Shown here: piece after piece, positions 22,318 to 29,093 of the stretch
How the letters are laid out: each line of letters starts with the position of its first letter
Position numbering within the stretch: the stretch's first letter is position 1
From: Archaeoglobus fulgidus DSM 4304
Lineage (GTDB): Archaea; Halobacteriota; Archaeoglobi; Archaeoglobales; Archaeoglobaceae
Assembly: GCF_000008665.1 (NCBI RefSeq)
Contig: NC_000917.1
Span: 1,770,001-1,802,000, forward strand
Length of the DNA: 32,000 nt
Direction of reading: 5' to 3'
The notes under the pieces: model-generated
Seen by the model: only the letters and a program-made list of their open reading frames with translations
Told to the model about the DNA's origin: nothing
The model's database searches: none
Position numbers and translations under genes: made by a program

Positions 22318-24426
22318 GTGAGCTATTTGAGGATTTTAGCTAAAATTTGGATTCCGATGCTTTTCTTAGCATTGCTACATCCGGCAAGCGCTCTGAGTGA
22401 GGAAGAATTTAACAAGGTTGTTGACGCTGTTAGTTCAGTTGGAGTAGAGGTGGACACAAAGGCCTACGGGAATATCGGGTCGATCATTAACGGCCATTAC
22501 AAATATACTGGGCCCATAGCTTATGCAGGGATTACAGCAGATGTGAGTATAAAAATTCAGGATTACACAGAAATTATGAAAATATATGGATACAAAAACT
22601 ACAAAGAAATTCCTGCCAGTGGCTCCAACATCCTAAGGTCTGATCTAAATAGGGAGAAAGCCAGGTGTGATGAATACCAGAGTGGAAGTGATGACATTTT
22701 CAAGCAAATAAGCACAATCGAGGGTACAAGACAGTACTGCTATCACCTATTTGTCGATTGGCAGAACATCGATGGACAAAAATACTGGGAGGAATCACCC
22801 AGGCATGCTTTTTCTCAACTTCTCACAGTCACACCAAGAGCTGAAGTGGCAACTATAATCAATATCCATAATTTTTACACATGTGAGTCTGACTATGTTT
22901 ATACTGTTTGCGACGCTCAAACCAATGATTGCGTCGAAGTGGTTGATTCGGAAAAATACAGCAACTATGTTAAGTGCCTCGAAGACCTGAACCAGAAAAC
23001 AGCAGAATTCACAAAAACACTCAGCCTGAAAATTGAAAGTGCTGTCTTATCAGCCCTTGGTGCGGGTGAGACAGCAACGCCAACAACAACCGCAACTCCA
23101 GCCGCATCCTACACAATCCAGATTCTCTCTCCAAGTCAGGGAGCAACAGTCACATCCTTCTTCAACAAAGGCGGAGTGTGGAGCGACAAAGCGTTCATTC
23201 ACATTGTCAACATCAAGGCAAAGGTGTCGGGAGAGGGGGCGAGCAATCTCTATGCTGTGGTTATTGCACCCGACGGCATCGAGAGGAAGTTTACTATCTA
23301 CAACAACGATCTTTACGCAAGAATTGCTCCGAAGAATATTAACACGGGAAAGGGGGACATCTGGATCAAGCTCTACGGTGAGACCTCCTCAGGCATAACA
23401 CTTCTCGCCACAAAAAGCCTGACTCTCAACTTCATCAGCCCGGAAATTATTGATGGCAAAGATAACGATGGAGATGGCCTTGTTGACTGCAATGACCCAG
23501 ACATAGCAACCAGCGATGAGTGTGTTTACCAGAAAAAGCTCGAATGGGCGGAGAGTGTGATGAAAAGGCACATAGAATACATGGAGTCCCAGCCCGACAG
23601 GTCATTCTTCGAGCCCAAAATTGCCCACATAAAGAACCTCTACGAGAAATACAAGAACGACCCCGATAGAATGGTTGCTGAGATGAACAGATACATGGAC
23701 GCTCAGGTTTACCACAACCAGAAGATTAAGACAATCATCCAAATCTTTCAGGATGACCCGGACAAAGCGGAGAAGGTTGTGGAGATTGCGGAAAAGTATA
23801 AGAACGACCCTTGGCGTAGAAACTACGAGCTAAACAAGTTCGTTTATGAGAACTCCAAATCTGAAGCTGAGAGAGAAGCGGTGAAGAACGCCATTCTGAC
23901 GGGAATAATCAACCCGCCCAAATGGTTTGTTGGGGGGCAGTATGGTTCTGGCGGCGCTCTGGACTGGGCTCAGTTCGTCGCATCAAACTTCGAGCAGGTT
24001 GGAGATACTGTGAAGCTCAAAGGTGCTGAGAAAGTGAAGTTCTTCACAACTCCGGCAAAAATCTACCTCGTCGCTCAGGATGCAAAAGCGCTGATGGATC
24101 ATGCGAGACAGCTCGAAAAGATGAATCTCGACAGCAGAACAAAGGTTTCCATTGTCGTGCTCGACGGTGCAACGAAGATTGGAAAGCTGCTCGACCCGAC
24201 TGGCTACTTCGGAAACATGGCGGATGCGACGGTTGATGCCCTGATCAAGCTCAGAAAGAAAATAGAGGACAGAAACGGCGGATGGATACAAACGGATGTT
24301 GGCGTTTTGCACGAAACCAGCATTCCGGGAATCTACGAGGACTACGAGACTGGAAGGAAGTACAAGCGCATTTCAGGAGGGTGGTTTGAAAAGGACACCT
24401 GGGTGGAGGTGAAGGGCAATGTTTGA
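22318..24426 (+). CDS. Large secreted multidomain protein of unknown family (cluster gene 1)
   Basis: Signal-peptide shape RILAKIWIPMLFLALLHPASA/LSEE. GAGGTGA at 22314-22320 favours in-frame TTG 22327 as the start. Modules: six-Cys N-domain, ETATPTTTATPAAS linker, beta-rich segment, DNDGDGLVDCNDPD loop, and a helical C-half with a duplicated EKYKNDP segment. Confidence 0.8.
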   Translation: MSYLRILAKIWIPMLFLALLHPASALSEEEFNKVVDAVSSVGVEVDTKAYGNIGSIINGHYKYTGPIAYAGITADVSIKIQDYTEIMKIYGYKNYKEIPASGSNILRSDLNREKARCDEYQSGSDDIFKQISTIEGTRQYCYHLFVDWQNIDGQKYWEESPRHAFSQLLTVTPRAEVATIINIHNFYTCESDYVYTVCDAQTNDCVEVVDSEKYSNYVKCLEDLNQKTAEFTKTLSLKIESAVLSALGAGETATPTTTATPAASYTIQILSPSQGATVTSFFNKGGVWSDKAFIHIVNIKAKVSGEGASNLYAVVIAPDGIERKFTIYNNDLYARIAPKNINTGKGDIWIKLYGETSSGITLLATKSLTLNFISPEIIDGKDNDGDGLVDCNDPDIATSDECVYQKKLEWAESVMKRHIEYMESQPDRSFFEPKIAHIKNLYEKYKNDPDRMVAEMNRYMDAQVYHNQKIKTIIQIFQDDPDKAEKVVEIAEKYKNDPWRRNYELNKFVYENSKSEAEREAVKNAILTGIINPPKWFVGGQYGSGGALDWAQFVASNFEQVGDTVKLKGAEKVKFFTTPAKIYLVAQDAKALMDHARQLEKMNLDSRTKVSIVVLDGATKIGKLLDPTGYFGNMADATVDALIKLRKKIEDRNGGWIQTDVGVLHETSIPGIYEDYETGRKYKRISGGWFEKDTWVEVKGNV

Positions 24427-24775
24427 GCCTTTTCTCCTTGCAGTTGAAGGGCAGGAATTTCTGACGGGCTTTCACGTCGAGGGGCCTTTGGCGGGGCTCA
24501 TCATAATCCTGATCGCTCTCCTGCTGCTCTGGATATTCAAAAAGGTGCTCAAGCTCGTGGTTGTGTTGATAGGAGCTGTTGTGGGCTACTTCGTTGGAGA
24601 AGCTGTCGAGCCATCCCTCTCGCTGGTTTTTGCCGCTGGCTTCGCAATCGTTGGGATCTGGGCTATGTCAGGGGACAAGAGCAAAAAGAAGGGAAAGAAG
24701 CAAAGGAGCATTTTGAAGGATGCAGACGACTGGGATGACGACAGCTGGGACGATGAGGGCGATTGGGATGAGTGA
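24419..24775 (+). CDS. Small three-helix membrane protein with a basic-then-acidic Trp-rich tail (cluster gene 2)
   Basis: GGAGGTGA lies 6 nt upstream of ATG 24419, which overlaps gene 1 by 8 nt. Three hydrophobic segments, then KSKKKGKKQRS and DADDWDDDSWDDEGDWDE. Confidence 0.75.
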   Translation: MFEPFLLAVEGQEFLTGFHVEGPLAGLIIILIALLLLWIFKKVLKLVVVLIGAVVGYFVGEAVEPSLSLVFAAGFAIVGIWAMSGDKSKKKGKKQRSILKDADDWDDDSWDDEGDWDE

Positions 24776-24785
24776 GGTGGTTTGA

Positions 24786-25727
24786 ATGGGAAAGCTGAAA
24801 AAGCTGTTCTTCCTGCTGCTGATTCTCTTCGGGCTATTCATAATCATAGACTGGGATGGTAACATACCCGACGACTTCATAGACGACTATCCGGGCTGGG
24901 GAGGAGGAACGAAGCACGGAGATGTTAAGGATACGTGGATTGATGCGAATGGAGACGGGCAGGGGGATGTTTACGTCGGAGATGGATACGCAGAGGTCAC
25001 TCAGCACTTTGTTATCTACGACAGAAACAGCGATGGAAAGTATGATGCGGTGCTCCTCGACCTCGACGAGAACGGGGACTTCGAGACGAGATACCTTGAC
25101 GAGAACTACGATGGCAAGACTGACCTCTGGATTACAACCTTAAACAATAAGAAGAGCTACGCATGGGATTTAGATGCCGACGGAATTCCTGACGTTTACG
25201 ACACCAACGGTGACGGCAGGATTGATGCATGGGACTTGAATGGCGATGGAGTTGTGGATGTCAGGGATGCAGACTTTGATGGAGATGCTGACATGCACGA
25301 CTACGACTTTGACGGAGTTTTTGATGAAGTATGGTCTGCCGGTGGTGACTCATCTGCCAGCTCAGGCACAGCGGGAAGCAATGTAGTCAAGATTACTCTC
25401 TCAACCCCCAACAGAATGTTTCTTGACTTCTCAAGTGGATATGGCGATGAAAACAACTTCGACATAATGCTCGAACCTTGGTGCATCGACAACGCTGCAA
25501 TTAACGGGAATTTTGCAGACATCGGCGTGATGAACCTTGAAGCCGTCACCTCTGCAAACATCCCCTCATCCGGCTACCTCCACGAAGACACCATGGAGAT
25601 AGAGATTGGACACGTTTACATCAACAAGAACTCTGATGGAAGCTACACAGCCTTCACCATCTACAGCCACCAGAAGACTGGCGATTGCGACCACGAAGTC
25701 CTTCTCGGTTACAAGAACCTCGGGTGA
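24786..25727 (+). CDS. Membrane-anchored or secreted protein with nine DxDxDG calcium-type loops (cluster gene 3)
   Basis: GAGGTGG SD. N-terminal anchor LFFLLLILFGLFIII. Loops begin at residues 53, 79, 92, 105, 128, 139, 150, 161 and 172. Beta-rich C-terminal domain. Confidence 0.8.
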   Translation: MGKLKKLFFLLLILFGLFIIIDWDGNIPDDFIDDYPGWGGGTKHGDVKDTWIDANGDGQGDVYVGDGYAEVTQHFVIYDRNSDGKYDAVLLDLDENGDFETRYLDENYDGKTDLWITTLNNKKSYAWDLDADGIPDVYDTNGDGRIDAWDLNGDGVVDVRDADFDGDADMHDYDFDGVFDEVWSAGGDSSASSGTAGSNVVKITLSTPNRMFLDFSSGYGDENNFDIMLEPWCIDNAAINGNFADIGVMNLEAVTSANIPSSGYLHEDTMEIEIGHVYINKNSDGSYTAFTIYSHQKTGDCDHEVLLGYKNLG

Positions 25728-25731
25728 TGAG

Positions 25732-26112
25732 ATGCTGAAAAAGCTCATAATGGGATTTTTCCTCCTCATTCTCCTCGGAATTGCTGGTGTTGCGGTTATG
25801 AACTACTACTACGAAGCCAACTACGATAAGGAGCTTGTAGCCTACGATGAGGGCGTTTTCAACGACAGAGTACACTTCACCTCAGAATTGCTCGGCCCGG
25901 GAACCTACAGAATCATTGCTGGTGGAACCGGGATCGTTGAGGACATAGAAATCATAGACAGGAGCGGAAATGTTGTTGCAAAACATGAGGATACAACCAA
26001 TCTGCTCTACGGCTCCTCCAACTCCTTCGTTGTCCGAGTGAACTACGCCCCGCCAAATCCGGGAGAGGAGTATGAGGCTACCATCGAGATTTACAGGTAT
26101 GTGGAGAAGTGA
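25732..26112 (+). CDS. Small N-terminally anchored protein with a beta-rich ectodomain (cluster gene 4)
   Basis: ATG 25732 lies 4 nt after the gene 3 stop. Begins MLKKLIMGFFLLILLGIAGVAVM. The track ORF (25606) extends upstream into gene 3. Confidence 0.7.
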   Translation: MLKKLIMGFFLLILLGIAGVAVMNYYYEANYDKELVAYDEGVFNDRVHFTSELLGPGTYRIIAGGTGIVEDIEIIDRSGNVVAKHEDTTNLLYGSSNSFVVRVNYAPPNPGEEYEATIEIYRYVEK

Positions 26113-26126
26113 AAGGAGGTGATAAA

Positions 26127-26819
26127 ATGAAAAAACTGATACTGCTGATGCTACTACTGCCCATTTCGCTCATAGGCTGCACTGATGAGGAGAGCAGCGT
26201 TACCGTCGGCCACACGACTGTCTACTACACCAACGTCCCCGACGCAAAGGCAGAGGTTCTGGCTGGTTATCTGCAAGAGGAGTTCGGCTTTACCTCTGAT
26301 ACTGACATTCTGCTCAGCATGAGCGGCAACGAGTACGAGGTGAGGATTCCGAGTTCCTACAGCTCCCCATCTGAAGTTGAAGAGAGCTTCAAGGTCTACT
26401 TTGCTCTTCTTGCCTCAAGGGTTAGTGAGGAGGTTTTCTTCGGCTCTCCTGTTAAGCTCGTCCTTGTCACCCACCAGAACGATGAGCTTTTTGCTGTTAA
26501 AAACCAGTACAGCTTCGAGAAGGCTGGAAGGGTCTTCGTTTACTTCAAAGGTGTTGATAGGGAGCAGGCGTTTAACCTTGCAAACTACCTTGAGAGCCTT
26601 GTCGGAGAGAACTACGACTGGGATGTAATTTTCGAGCAGTCGGAAGGAGTTTATCACGTCGTTCCCTTTGTTGGAATTAACGATGCCAGCGAGCTTACGC
26701 CAGAAATGGAAAACAGCTATCAATCAATGGCCACAGAACTCGAAGACGTTCTCGGAGGAGACGTTGTGGTTCACCTCGTCAACTTTGAGGGCTACGAGGT
26801 TGCAGCCTTTGAGGGCTGA
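26127..26819 (+). CDS. Putative lipoprotein made of two tandem homologous domains (cluster gene 5)
   Basis: GGAGGTGAT lies 3 nt upstream of ATG 26127. MKKLILLMLLLPISLIGC contains a lipobox-like LIGC. The two halves share the pattern V.Y..V....A..LA.YL...D......YEV/YHV..P...E..S......L..V.G..V.L.LV. Confidence 0.75.
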   Translation: MKKLILLMLLLPISLIGCTDEESSVTVGHTTVYYTNVPDAKAEVLAGYLQEEFGFTSDTDILLSMSGNEYEVRIPSSYSSPSEVEESFKVYFALLASRVSEEVFFGSPVKLVLVTHQNDELFAVKNQYSFEKAGRVFVYFKGVDREQAFNLANYLESLVGENYDWDVIFEQSEGVYHVVPFVGINDASELTPEMENSYQSMATELEDVLGGDVVVHLVNFEGYEVAAFEG

Positions 26820-26849
26820 GCGTTTGCAAACAAAAGTTGGCCCTTAAAA

Positions 26850-26856
26850 TTTTTTT
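26850..26856 (+). terminator. Oligo-T tract ending the five-gene cluster
   Basis: T7 located 31 nt after stop 26819. It is followed by a TTTATAT box (26869-26875) for the NSS gene. Confidence 0.4.
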
Positions 26857-26893
26857 AGTAAAACAAAGTTTATATGTCAGGATAGTCTAAGCA

Positions 26894-28369
26894 GTGGCCA
26901 TGGAGAGGGAAAACTGGGCTACAAGAGCCGGTTTCGTTCTCGCCGCCATTGGCTCGGCCATAGGACTCGGAAACATCTGGAGATTCGGCTATCTTGTTTA
27001 CAAAAACGGTGGAGGGGCGTTTCTCATCCCCTACTTCGTTGCACTCTTTGTGGCGGGAATAAGCCTGATGATTCTGGAGTTTGCCATCGGCCACAGGTTC
27101 AGGGGGAGCGCTCCTGCATCAATGAGGAAGCTTGGAGGCAGAGGCTTCGAGTGGATTGGCTGGTGGGCGGTCACAGGAGGCTTGATAATCACAATGTACT
27201 ACACGGTAGTCATTGGATGGGCCATAGTTTACTTCACAAAGTCATTGACGCTGGCGTGGGGAGAGGATACGGGAGGATACTTCTTCGGCACGGTTCTGCA
27301 GCTCTCCGACAATCCATGGGATTTCGGCGGGTTTGCAACCGAAGTTCTGATTGCTACAATCATTGTGTGGGCGCTGAACTGGCTTGTCGACTTCAGGGGC
27401 ATCAGGAAGGGAATTGAGAAGGCCAACCTTTTGCTGATGCCGCTTCTCTGGCTTCTCGCCGTAATCCTTGTCATCAGAGCGGTAACTCTGCCGGGAGCGA
27501 TGGAGGGGATAGAGTGGTATCTGAAGCCCGACTTCAGCAAGCTCGGCGATTACAACATCTGGCTTGCCGCCTTCGGGCAGATATTCTTCACGCTCAGCCT
27601 CGGAATGGGCATAATGATAGCCTACGCCAGCTATCTGCCTGAAAAGAGCGATATAGCAAACAACGCCTTCATAGTCAGCCTTGCCAACTGCGCCTTCAGC
27701 TTCCTTGTCGGCTTTGCTGTCTTCGGCACTCTCGGATACATGGCCTACGCCACTCAATCGGATATAAGCGACGTGGTAGCGCAGTCGGTCGGTCTGGCTT
27801 TCGTGGTGTTTCCGAAGGCTCTGAACATGCTGCCAGCACTGAAGGTGTTCACAGCAGCGGTATTCTTCCTCGCACTGGTCGTTGCAGGGCTTTCGTCCTC
27901 CATATCACTCGTTGAGGCCGTCAGCTCGGCACTGATGGACAAGTTCGGCATGGAGAGGAGAAAGGCCGTGAACATCGTCGTTTTAGTTGGATTTCTCGGA
28001 AGCATCGTCTACACAACGAAGGCGGGCCTTTACTGGCTCGACGTCGTTGACCACTTCATCAACTACTACGGCCTTGTTCTGGTGGGGCTGCTGGAGGTCA
28101 TAGCCGCAGCGTGGCTCTTTGATTTGACAGTGCTGAAGAACCACATCAACTCTGTTTCGGAGATAAAGGTCGGTATGTGGTGGGATTTGGCAGTAAAGTT
28201 TGCAACACCGCTCATACTGGCAGTGCTGCTGATTCTCGACATCAGAGGAAACCTCACGGAGAACTACGGCGGCTATCCGACGGAAGTGCTGCTGACGGGC
28301 CTTTCTATTATAGTTCTGGGCATGATTGTGGCAGCAATACTCTCATGGAGGGATAAAAATGTCAGCTGA
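26894..28369 (+). CDS. Neurotransmitter:sodium symporter (NSS/SNF, LeuT-like) family transporter
   Basis: NWATRAGFVLAAIGSAIGLGNIWRFGYL is the hallmark NSS TM1 motif; about 12 TM helices. The start is either GTG 26894 or ATG 26900. There is no SD, and a TATA box sits 22-28 nt upstream, so the transcript is probably leaderless. Confidence 0.95.
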   Translation: MAMERENWATRAGFVLAAIGSAIGLGNIWRFGYLVYKNGGGAFLIPYFVALFVAGISLMILEFAIGHRFRGSAPASMRKLGGRGFEWIGWWAVTGGLIITMYYTVVIGWAIVYFTKSLTLAWGEDTGGYFFGTVLQLSDNPWDFGGFATEVLIATIIVWALNWLVDFRGIRKGIEKANLLLMPLLWLLAVILVIRAVTLPGAMEGIEWYLKPDFSKLGDYNIWLAAFGQIFFTLSLGMGIMIAYASYLPEKSDIANNAFIVSLANCAFSFLVGFAVFGTLGYMAYATQSDISDVVAQSVGLAFVVFPKALNMLPALKVFTAAVFFLALVVAGLSSSISLVEAVSSALMDKFGMERRKAVNIVVLVGFLGSIVYTTKAGLYWLDVVDHFINYYGLVLVGLLEVIAAAWLFDLTVLKNHINSVSEIKVGMWWDLAVKFATPLILAVLLILDIRGNLTENYGGYPTEVLLTGLSIIVLGMIVAAILSWRDKNVS

Positions 28370-28451
28370 TGCAATCGCCATGGCGGTATTCGGCTTTGCC
28401 GTGCTCTACGGTGGATTGGCGTACTTCCTCTATAGAGCAATGAAGAAGTAA
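28359..28451 (+). CDS. 30-aa single-TM protein, MetS-like small subunit candidate for the NSS transporter (not in the ORF track)
   Basis: MSADAIAMAVFGFAVLYGGLAYFLYRAMKK. GGAGGGAT lies 4 nt upstream of ATG 28359. The start overlaps the NSS 3' end by 11 nt and the ORF is followed by a T6AT6 tract. Confidence 0.5.
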   Translation: MSADAIAMAVFGFAVLYGGLAYFLYRAMKK

Positions 28452-28464
28452 TTTTTTATTTTTT
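28452..28464. terminator. T-rich tract between the convergent NSS/small-ORF and vapC genes
   Basis: The plus strand reads TTTTTTATTTTTT immediately after the small-ORF stop. Confidence 0.35.
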
Positions 28465-28827
28465 AAACAAGCTGGAGCTTCAGCCCGAATTTTCGGAAAA
28501 TCTCGAAGTCAAAGTCCCTCGTTATCAGAATTTTGTCGTTTGCTAAGGCAGAAGATGCAATCAGCAGGTCTTTTACCTTTGGAACTCTGCCCCTTTTTTA
28601 AGTTCTCTGAAAATTTTTCCTGCAAGCTTTGCAGAACTTTCTTCAAAATTCAGCTTAGGTATTTTTTCAAGAAAAATTTCTTCCCTCTCTTTTAAACTTC
28701 CACACTGGAGTTCGAAAAGAGTTATGACAGAAATGCCATAAACTGTATCTCCGTTCAACTTTTCAAGCAATCCTTTATCTCCTTTAAACAAATCAATGAT
28801 TACACAAGGATTGCATCCATTCTTCAA
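28463..28827 (-). pseudogene. vapC: PIN-domain VapC toxin interrupted by a frameshift at an A6 run
   Basis: Frame 1 (track ORF 28573..28827) reads ..[10 protein letters not shown]...ISVITLFEL..G...LKKGAEFQR*. The -1 frame continues KRGRVPKVKDLLIASSALANDKILITRDFDFE..* to 28463. Together they make a 121-aa PIN domain, with the break at A6G4 (plus strand 28590-28599). Confidence 0.65.
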
Positions 28828-29014
28828 CCTCCTTCATCTCCCTTTTTAACTTTTCAACCTCCTCCTCGCTCCTCGTCCCGAATGCAACCATTAAAAGGTC
28901 AAAATTTCCTTCCTTTTTTACCAACTCCCTGATGACTTCAGAGAAGCTCCTTTTTCCTTTAATTTTAACCAGCATCTCATACACATCATCGGAAATGCTA
29001 ATCGTTTTTGTCAT
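28793..29014 (-). CDS. vapB: VapB-type antitoxin (archaeal [12 protein letters not shown].. family)
   Basis: 73 aa. The N-terminus [32 protein letters not shown] matches the common archaeal VapB-like antitoxin pattern. It overlaps the vapC start by 35 nt. A/T box about 20 nt upstream. Confidence 0.7.
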   Translation of the reverse strand: MTKTISISDDVYEMLVKIKGKRSFSEVIRELVKKEGNFDLLMVAFGTRSEEEVEKLKREMKEVEEWMQSLCNH

Positions 29015-29093
29015 GCATGCATGTATGTTTAAAAATTAATAGGTTTTTCGACCTGCTAAATCAAAAAATTATACCTTCAAACAAAACCAAAAA

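Noticed and set aside
25723-25740. GTGATGA followed by CTGA at the gene 3 / gene 4 junction, which resembles C and D boxes.
   Set aside because: The boxes are only 4 nt apart, which is far too close for a C/D sRNA. The GGTGATGA is better explained as the stop codon of gene 3 plus the SD for ATG 25732.
28590-28599. Programmed -1 ribosomal frameshifting as the primary explanation of the vapC split.
   Set aside because: The site is T AAA AAA G, not a full X XXY YYZ heptamer in the zero frame. I saw no obvious downstream stimulatory hairpin or pseudoknot. A deletion or a sequencing error in the homopolymer is more parsimonious. It is kept only as a minor alternative in the finding.
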